Assembly: GCA_963665845.2 (NCBI GenBank)
Contig: OY762492.1
Location: forward strand, 160,001 to 224,000
DNA from: Candidatus Poribacteria bacterium
GTDB taxonomy: Bacteria; Poribacteria; WGA-4E; GCA-2687025
Direction: 5' to 3'
Length of the DNA: 64,000 bases
Shown here: piece after piece, positions 57,367 through 64,000 of the stretch
How positions within the stretch are numbered: the first letter of the stretch is position 1
Layout: each line of letters starts with the position of its first letter
Program-made: the position numbers and the translations under genes
Notes under the pieces: model-generated
Databases searched by the model: none
The model's input: only the letters and a program-made list of their open reading frames with translations
What the model was told of the DNA's origin: nothing

Positions 57367-58188
57367 TCACGGGAACGGCCAAAACTGATTCCATGCGGTC
57401 ATCCAGTCCTTCGCGCGGCTCTCCGCCGTGAGCGTTCCGGTGATATGCACACCCGCCCGCCCTTTGAAACCGCTCATCTGCTCCGGCGAGCCGACCTCTA
57501 TCTTGATCGTTGTCGGCTTTGCGGGTACATAAACAGCCGCGCCTGACATGTCCGACAGCGCCTTCCGCGCCGCTTCTTCGATCATCGCCCGGGCGCGGAC
57601 AGGGGGAATCTGTCGGGCGCTGTAGCGCGTCAAGCCTGTTTTGACCGCAGCGGTCGGCAGCGCGTTTCCAAGCAGCTCCTTCGCTTCGAGACATGTGGCG
57701 GCGTCCCCCGTTACAAGCGCGATCGGGACGCCGTAATGTCCGTTCAGCGCCGCGTTGACGCCCACTTCGCCGACCAGATCGCCGTTGAACCACAGGTTGC
57801 GGTAACGGACGCTGGAGATCGTATGGCTCAAGACGCCGTCGGGGGTATTGCTGCGGGCATGCATTCCGATCAGCAAGCAGGCGGCGCAGCCGTTTTCCCA
57901 CATCTCCGTATAACGCCCCCATGTGTGTCCGGCGACCCATTCGCAGTCGGGATGCAGCGCTTCGGGGATGAGCGAGTTGAAGTTCCAGCCGCCGCTGCCG
58001 CCGGCGCCGTGGCAGTCGACGACGACGATCTCTTCGGCGCCCGCCGCTTTCGCGCCTCGGACAGCGGCGTTGACCTCTTCGGTGTAGAGCCGCCTGCCCT
58101 CTTCATACATCGCCGCGCCGCCGTCCACCTGCTGCCATGCGACGATGCCGCTGACGCCTTCCATGTCGCACATAATGAGAACGCGCAT
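57367..58188 (-). CDS. dppA: M55 family D-aminopeptidase
   Basis: DMEG (DxE), VVDCHG, IGMHA, LSHT, VGEVG.NA and VTGD motifs. Confidence 0.9.
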   Translation of the reverse strand: MRVLIMCDMEGVSGIVAWQQVDGGAAMYEEGRRLYTEEVNAAVRGAKAAGAEEIVVVDCHGAGGSGGWNFNSLIPEALHPDCEWVAGHTWGRYTEMWENGCAACLLIGMHARSNTPDGVLSHTISSVRYRNLWFNGDLVGEVGVNAALNGHYGVPIALVTGDAATCLEAKELLGNALPTAAVKTGLTRYSARQIPPVRARAMIEEAARKALSDMSGAAVYVPAKPTTIKIEVGSPEQMSGFKGRAGVHITGTLTAESRAKDWMTAWNQFWPFP

Positions 58189-58207
58189 CTCTTTTACCCT
58201 CGTTTTA

Positions 58208-58236
58208 TTGACAGCCTGCGCGCTGAAGTATAAACT
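58208..58236 (+). promoter_or_regulatory. Sigma70 promoter for the WD40 cluster
   Basis: TTGACA-17 nt-TAAACT. Confidence 0.65.
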
Positions 58237-58270
58237 GAAATAGACAACGAACGCATGGGGGGAACAATCG

Positions 58271-60631
58271 ATGAACGCCGACGATCCTAGAATGATCGCT
58301 TACCGCGCTAAAGGCTCTGCTGTTCTGGTGAAGACCGAAAATGAGACGGTCAACGGCTTCTTCGTCCGAGAGGGGCTTGTCGCGACCAGCGCCCGCATCC
58401 TGGAGGACGGCGCCGACCGCCTCTATCTTCAGCGCTCTACGGACAACCCGGCGCTGTTTCATGTGGACGGCGCCGCTTTTCAAGATTCAGGGAGCGGCAT
58501 TGCTTTTCTGCGCGTTTCATCGCTGACGCAGCGGGTCTTGCCTCTTTCTGTCGGCTCTCTGCAGGTGGGCGAGCGGGTCTATATCGTTGAAAACATCGAA
58601 AAAGATTCGCGGACCGTCTGGCGCGAAGCGACCGTAAGCGGCTTTCAAACCGACCCTGACATGCCGCGCATTCTGTTCAACGGCAGCGTCCCAGGCGGCG
58701 CGGTCGGCAGCGCCGTTCTGAACGATCAAAGCGAGGCGGTCGGCATGATTGTGGACGCGCCGACCGGCGGCGGAACCTTCGCCGCAATGCCTTCCGCCCA
58801 ACTGAAAGAGGCGGTCGCCCAGATCAAGCATGACGGCTCCCGCAGAATTGATCCCAGCCAATCAACAGTCCGCTTCGGAAAGGGGCCGGTTAAATGCCTC
58901 GCCTTTTCGCCGGACGGCCGGACGCTTGCGGTCGGTTCCAGCTTCGCCGTCTGGCTTTACGACGCCGAGACGGGCGCGCAAAAGAACCGCTTCAGGACAT
59001 GGGAGACCCAAGCGGTCGCCTTTTCGCCGGACGGACAGACGCTCGCCGCCGCCGAAGAGATGGGCGAAGTCTTTCTGTGGGATGTTGAAACGGGTCAAAA
59101 CCCCATACTTACGCAGATGAGACCTGGGCATAATTACGATGCGAAAGCCTTGGCATTCTCGCCGGATGGACGAATCCTCATAAGCGGATCATGCGATGAT
59201 GTGGCGCTGTTTGACCTGCAGACAGGCGAGTATATCGGGCGCCATCACCGCAGCGGGGGGATAACGAGTTATAACGCCCATGCCTTTTCGCCGGACGGAC
59301 AAACCTTTGCCAGCTCCCGCGGCGAGACCGTTCGGATCTGGAATCCCGAAACGCAGGAATATGAAACGACTTTGAAAGGGCATACAGAGCCGGTTCGATC
59401 CATATCCTATTCGGGGGACGGGCGAACGCTCATCACGGGCGGGGACGACAAAACGATACGAATCTGGAACGCCGATACGGGCGAATGCGTCCAAACGCTG
59501 GAAGGCGCCTCGGAGTATGTGCGCTCCATTTCCTGTTCGCGCGATGGGAACATGTTTGTCAGCAGCGGCTGGGGCGGCGATCTGCTCATCCGAGACGTCG
59601 AGACGGGGCAGATTCAACGGCGCATTGAAGCGCATACGGAATTCGTCAGTTGCGCCGCCATTTCGCCGGACGGAAAAACGGCCGCCAGCGCCGGCAGGAA
59701 CGCGGAGATCCGAGTGTGGAACGTCGAGACGGGCGAGGCGCAGACGGTTGTCAAAGGGCATATCAATATAAGCGGAAGAGGCGCCCCCGCCTTCTCTCCC
59801 GACGGAACGACGTTTGCCGTTGCCGCCGACAACGAGATACGGCTGTGGGACGCCCAAACAGGCGCGGAGCGAATCGTATTGAAAGAATGCGCGGGCGCGA
59901 CCGCCTTTTCTCCCGACGGAACGAGGCTTGCCAGCTGCGGAGACGGCGCGGTTCGGCTTTGGAACGCGCAAACGGGCAAGCTGGAAGCGGAGATGAAGGG
60001 TCATATCGGCGCGGCGCTGCTGACCGCCTTCTCCCCCGACGGAAAAAAGGCGGTCAGCGCCGGCGAAGATAAAACGGTGCGCGTTTGGAATGTCCAAACA
60101 AAAACGGGTCGAACCGCCTTCACGGCGGAGAACGGCGTCCACTTTAAGGCGCTGTCGACAGACGGGAAGACCGTTGCCGGCGTCTGCAAAGAGAACGGAC
60201 TGCAGGTCTGGAACGTCGAGACGGGAGAGATTCAAGCGACGCTTGCCGCGGACGCCGAGGCGGTTTACGCTGCCGCCTTCTCGCCGGACGGGCGGACGCT
60301 CGCCTTCGGCGGGAAAGACCTTGCCATTCGTCTCTGGGACCTCCAAACGGGAAAATGCAAAACGGCGCAGACGGGGCGCCACAATTCGATTGCCGCCATC
60401 GCCTTTTCGCCGAACGGCGCCATTCTTGCCATCGAGTACTTTGGCTCGGTCGCGTTGTGGGATGTTCAAAAAGAATGGCATATCATGGCGATTGATCCAG
60501 GCTTGGGCTACACCGCTTGCCCTGTCTTTTCGGCGGACGGAACGAAACTTGCGATCGCTGGAGACGCCGGCTCCGCATTGTTGTGGGACATTGCCAGCCT
60601 GCTGCCCGCGGACGCGCCGCGCCCCTCTTGA
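58271..60631 (+). CDS. Degenerate trypsin-like domain fused to WD40 repeats
   Basis: The N-terminal ~185 aa follow a Trypsin_2 pattern (GFFV...VAT, VGERVY, VLNDQSEAVG). About 13-14 WD40 repeats follow. Confidence 0.8.
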   Translation: MNADDPRMIAYRAKGSAVLVKTENETVNGFFVREGLVATSARILEDGADRLYLQRSTDNPALFHVDGAAFQDSGSGIAFLRVSSLTQRVLPLSVGSLQVGERVYIVENIEKDSRTVWREATVSGFQTDPDMPRILFNGSVPGGAVGSAVLNDQSEAVGMIVDAPTGGGTFAAMPSAQLKEAVAQIKHDGSRRIDPSQSTVRFGKGPVKCLAFSPDGRTLAVGSSFAVWLYDAETGAQKNRFRTWETQAVAFSPDGQTLAAAEEMGEVFLWDVETGQNPILTQMRPGHNYDAKALAFSPDGRILISGSCDDVALFDLQTGEYIGRHHRSGGITSYNAHAFSPDGQTFASSRGETVRIWNPETQEYETTLKGHTEPVRSISYSGDGRTLITGGDDKTIRIWNADTGECVQTLEGASEYVRSISCSRDGNMFVSSGWGGDLLIRDVETGQIQRRIEAHTEFVSCAAISPDGKTAASAGRNAEIRVWNVETGEAQTVVKGHINISGRGAPAFSPDGTTFAVAADNEIRLWDAQTGAERIVLKECAGATAFSPDGTRLASCGDGAVRLWNAQTGKLEAEMKGHIGAALLTAFSPDGKKAVSAGEDKTVRVWNVQTKTGRTAFTAENGVHFKALSTDGKTVAGVCKENGLQVWNVETGEIQATLAADAEAVYAAAFSPDGRTLAFGGKDLAIRLWDLQTGKCKTAQTGRHNSIAAIAFSPNGAILAIEYFGSVALWDVQKEWHIMAIDPGLGYTACPVFSADGTKLAIAGDAGSALLWDIASLLPADAPRPS

Positions 60632-60651
60632 AAACAGAACGGAAGAGGCGT

Positions 60652-63630
60652 ATGAATCACTTCTCAAAACTCCCGCTTCGCTGGACAGCCGCGTGTCTGT
60701 TGATGTTTGGCGCGTTCATTTCATCGGCGCAAGACGAGACCGAGAATAAGCCTTCCGCCCTTCCCGATAACATTGCGCTCTGGAATCTGCCGGACGGGGC
60801 GAAGCTTCGGCTTGGAAAGGGAACGGTCGGCGTCCTTGAGTACTCGCCGGACGGCAAAACGCTCGCCGCAGGGGGAGGCGCCGGCATTTGGCTTTACGAC
60901 GCAAAAACGGGCGCCGAAACAGGCCTCCTTCAGGGTCATAGGGGTAAGATTATCAGCATCGATTACGCGCCGGACAGCAAAACGATTCTCATCGGCGCGA
61001 CTGACAAATGGGCGCGCGTCTGGGACGCCAAGACAGGCGAACTCTTGCAAACGCTTAAAGATATGAACGGGTATGCCTCGCGCCCCGCAGCGTTCGCCCC
61101 GGATGGAAAAACCGCCGCTGTCGACATGAGCGGCGGCATCTACATCTGGGACATCGAAACTGGACAGCTCATCCATAGGCTCAAAGGCGGCAGGAGCGGG
61201 GCGCCGAGCGTGAGAGCCTTCGATTATTCGCCGGACGGCAAATTGATTGCAAACGAGAACAGCAGAGAAATACACGTATGGGACGCGCAAACGGGCAAAC
61301 GGCTCCACATTCTTGAACAATACGCGAGCAAGTCGCTCGTTGTCTTTTCGCCGGATGGAAAAACTCTTGCCGCAGGATTCAGCCGCGGTTATCTCGACTG
61401 CCCGATCCACATCTACAATCCGCAAACAGGCGCTCTGATTCGATCTATGAGAGGGCATACGCGCATGATCACAGCGGTCATGTACTCGCCGGACAGCAGC
61501 CTTCTCGTGAGCGGATCAATAGACGAATCGATAAAGATATGGGACGCCAAAACAGGCGCGCTGCGGACCATGATCGGAGGGGGAGAGAATGTTGTAACGC
61601 AAACAGCGTACTCGCCGGACGGCAAAACGCTCGTCCAGATTGTGGAGAGCGACCGCTATCTGCGATCATACATGACGCTGATACGGATATGGGACGCGCA
61701 AACAGGCGCGCTGCTCCATGCGTTCGACGGGCCAGACAGCTATGCCGCCTCGCTCGCCTTTTCGCCGGACGGGGACTCGTTCGCTTTTGCCGTCCCGAAC
61801 GCGCATGCGGTATGGGTATGCTCCGCGCGGGAGGGCAAGGCGCTGCGTACCATCCGAGACCCCAAATTCGGCGTCTCCATTGTCAAGTACTCGCCGGACG
61901 GGAAGACGCTTGCCAGCGGAAATACGGCAGGCGCGTTGCAGTTATGGCGCGCCGACACAGGCAAGCATCTCCGAACGATGCGCGGAAATACCGATCCGAT
62001 CCGGTCCATCGCGTTTGCGCGCGACAGCCAAATCGCCGCAACCGGCGGCGAAAGGGAGGGCGCCGTTCATCTCTGGAACCTCAACACAGGCGAGAAACTT
62101 CATACGTTTCAAGGTCATGCGGCAAACGCCTTTCCCGCAGGCTTTTCCATGGACGGCAAACGGCTCGTTACGTTCAGCGAAGACAACGTTGCGCGCCTCT
62201 GGAGCGTCGATACAGGCGCGCAGATGCATTCGTTCGGAGAGGAAGGGAAGCCTGTTTGGGCGTACGACTATTCCCCGGAACGAAAAGAGATCGCGCTCGC
62301 CTATATAGAAAGCGGCGATGTCGTCTTATGGAGCGTTGAAAAAGAGGCGGTCGTTCAAACGCTGAAAGGGCATACGAAACAGGTCGAGTCGCTGACCTAC
62401 TCTCCCGACGGCAAATTGCTGGCGAGCGCCGGCGGCGATGACGCGCGCCTTTGGGACCTTGAAACCGGCAAGACGCTCCATACGCTGAAAGGGCAAGATC
62501 ATTGGACGGAGGACATCTCCTTTTTTCCTGACAACAAGACGATCGCATCGCGCGGCGCGGAGTCGGTCGTCTCGCTGTGGAGCGCCGAGACGGGAGAGTT
62601 TCTCCGCGCGGTACCAGAGAATGCCGGCAGAATACAGGCGATGGCGTTTGCGCCGGACGGGGAGACGTTCGCCAGCTTGAGCTCCAACTATTACAACAAC
62701 GTAATCGAAAGCAATATTAACATTTGGAGCGCGCGGTCCGCAGCCCGCGTCCGAACGATACGGGGGCATATGTCCAGCCGCCGGTCGGTCGATTTTTCGC
62801 CCGACGGCAAAGCGGTCGCAAGCGCAGGACAGGGGGGCATTCTAAGCATACAGGACGCGAACACCGGCGAAACGATTCATGAGATGGACGCGAATACATG
62901 GTTCATCTCTTCAGTGCGTTATTCGCCGGACGGCAAAACGCTCATCTCGGTCGGCGGCGCAGGAATCCAGATATGGAACGCGCAAACAGGGCGGCTGCTG
63001 GAGACCTTTGGGGATCAGCCCTCAAGCGGCGCTGCAGCGTTCTCGCCGGACGGATCCCTGCTGGCAACGGGCGCATGGGGGCAGATGCAAATATGGGACC
63101 TCAAAACCCGCAGCCTCCGCAATACGTTTGGAAACAAACATGCGAGAGTTCTATGCGCCGCCTTCTCTCCCTACGGCGTCAATCTGGCGACCGGGGACGA
63201 GCATGGAGAGCTGCGCGTGCGGAACATCAAAACGGGCGCCTTGGTACAGGCGCCCATAAAGCATTCGTACGATGTTTCAGCCGTCGCCTATTCGCCGGAC
63301 GGCAAGCATATCGCGGCAGGGTTCGTGGACGGCGTCCGAATATGGATGTCGGGGCGCAGCGCCTTTCTCGTCTCGGAGCTGCCGCATGGCAACCCTGTTG
63401 AGAGCGTCGCCTATTCGCCGGACGGCAAGATTCTCGCCGGCGGAAACATGTACGACGGAAAGATCAAGCTCTGGAACAGCGCGACAGGCGAACCTATCAA
63501 AACGCTCACAGGGCATACCGATTCGGTCAACGACCTAGCGTTCTCGCGCGACGGCAAGACGCTCGCCAGCGCCAGCGAAGATGGGACCGTTCTGCTTTGG
63601 GATCTATCCAACCTCCCCTCCTCCCCTTGA
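60652..63630 (+). CDS. Large secreted WD40-repeat protein (about three propellers)
   Basis: Signal peptide, WNLPDGAKLRLGKG leader and about 21 SPDGK...WD repeats. Confidence 0.9.
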   Translation: MNHFSKLPLRWTAACLLMFGAFISSAQDETENKPSALPDNIALWNLPDGAKLRLGKGTVGVLEYSPDGKTLAAGGGAGIWLYDAKTGAETGLLQGHRGKIISIDYAPDSKTILIGATDKWARVWDAKTGELLQTLKDMNGYASRPAAFAPDGKTAAVDMSGGIYIWDIETGQLIHRLKGGRSGAPSVRAFDYSPDGKLIANENSREIHVWDAQTGKRLHILEQYASKSLVVFSPDGKTLAAGFSRGYLDCPIHIYNPQTGALIRSMRGHTRMITAVMYSPDSSLLVSGSIDESIKIWDAKTGALRTMIGGGENVVTQTAYSPDGKTLVQIVESDRYLRSYMTLIRIWDAQTGALLHAFDGPDSYAASLAFSPDGDSFAFAVPNAHAVWVCSAREGKALRTIRDPKFGVSIVKYSPDGKTLASGNTAGALQLWRADTGKHLRTMRGNTDPIRSIAFARDSQIAATGGEREGAVHLWNLNTGEKLHTFQGHAANAFPAGFSMDGKRLVTFSEDNVARLWSVDTGAQMHSFGEEGKPVWAYDYSPERKEIALAYIESGDVVLWSVEKEAVVQTLKGHTKQVESLTYSPDGKLLASAGGDDARLWDLETGKTLHTLKGQDHWTEDISFFPDNKTIASRGAESVVSLWSAETGEFLRAVPENAGRIQAMAFAPDGETFASLSSNYYNNVIESNINIWSARSAARVRTIRGHMSSRRSVDFSPDGKAVASAGQGGILSIQDANTGETIHEMDANTWFISSVRYSPDGKTLISVGGAGIQIWNAQTGRLLETFGDQPSSGAAAFSPDGSLLATGAWGQMQIWDLKTRSLRNTFGNKHARVLCAAFSPYGVNLATGDEHGELRVRNIKTGALVQAPIKHSYDVSAVAYSPDGKHIAAGFVDGVRIWMSGRSAFLVSELPHGNPVESVAYSPDGKILAGGNMYDGKIKLWNSATGEPIKTLTGHTDSVNDLAFSRDGKTLASASEDGTVLLWDLSNLPSSP

Positions 63631-63684
63631 ATGATCGCCCTGTTTTTCTTAAGATAAAGCGTCAGCGCAACAGAGGAGCAGCTC

Positions 63685-64000
63685 ATGCGTCTTACCCTCA
63701 ACAGCCTTTATCGTTGGATCGGAGCGGCGGCTTTTTTCCTAGGCGTATGGATGCCAGCGGTCTATGCGCAGCCGTCCAGCCAGACTCCTGAATACGCGCG
63801 CTGGGGTCTGCCGGACGGGGCGAAGCTGCGCCTCGGCAAGGGAACGATCGGGCCCCATTACGATTCGAGCAATAGAGGCGCGCTCGCCTTTTCGCGCGGC
63901 GGAGACATTCTTGCAGTCGCAGGAGGCGCCGGCGTCTGGCTCTACGACCCAAAGACCGGCGCCGAAGTCGATCTGCTGCGCGGACATACGGGAATCGTCA
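63685..64000 (+). CDS. Secreted WD40-repeat protein, 3' truncated by window edge
   Basis: GAGGAG RBS; MRLTLNSLYRWIGAAAFFLGVWMPAVYAQ...WGLPDGAKLRLGKG...GVWLYD...LLRGH, open to the end of the window. Confidence 0.85.
   Translation, partial: MRLTLNSLYRWIGAAAFFLGVWMPAVYAQPSSQTPEYARWGLPDGAKLRLGKGTIGPHYDSSNRGALAFSRGGDILAVAGGAGVWLYDPKTGAEVDLLRGHTGIV

Noticed and set aside
59189-60667. Long antisense ORFs such as this 492-aa one and those at 18039, 23008 and 25242
   Set aside because: They are shadow frames of well-supported genes in high-GC DNA and have no recognisable motifs.

Overview
This is a GC-rich, gene-dense bacterial chromosomal window with about 55 CDSs. I recognised no rRNA, tRNA, CRISPR array, integrase or transposase. 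The gene content resembles Candidatus Poribacteria or similar sponge-associated lineages, but that is inference only. It includes sulfatases, a PhyH dioxygenase, a DUF6785-type membrane protein, a DUF1553/DUF1501 pair and several WD40 proteins, two of them with an LPDGAKLRLGKG leader. Housekeeping blocks are yejBEF, tpx, a BCCT transporter, sppA, feoA-feoA-feoB, rpsF-ssb-rplI-dnaB, mlaEFD, radA and dppA. The most unusual locus is the rpsF operon. It keeps an S6:S18-type leader RNA but has no rpsR, and it carries three SSB-family genes: two canonical and one double-OB-fold protein without the acidic tail. A palindromic-repeat mosaic sits where rpsR normally lies. Other notable signals are a long MlaD with a likely C-terminal beta-barrel, a four-gene DUF5069/cytochrome c-LRR/DUF1553/DUF1501 operon, a catalytically dead trypsin-WD40 fusion and a one-cysteine Tpx. 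There are also four independent tandem paralog expansions and a modular intergenic repeat system built from two hairpin families. Family assignments were made by eye from motifs, and no database searches were run.
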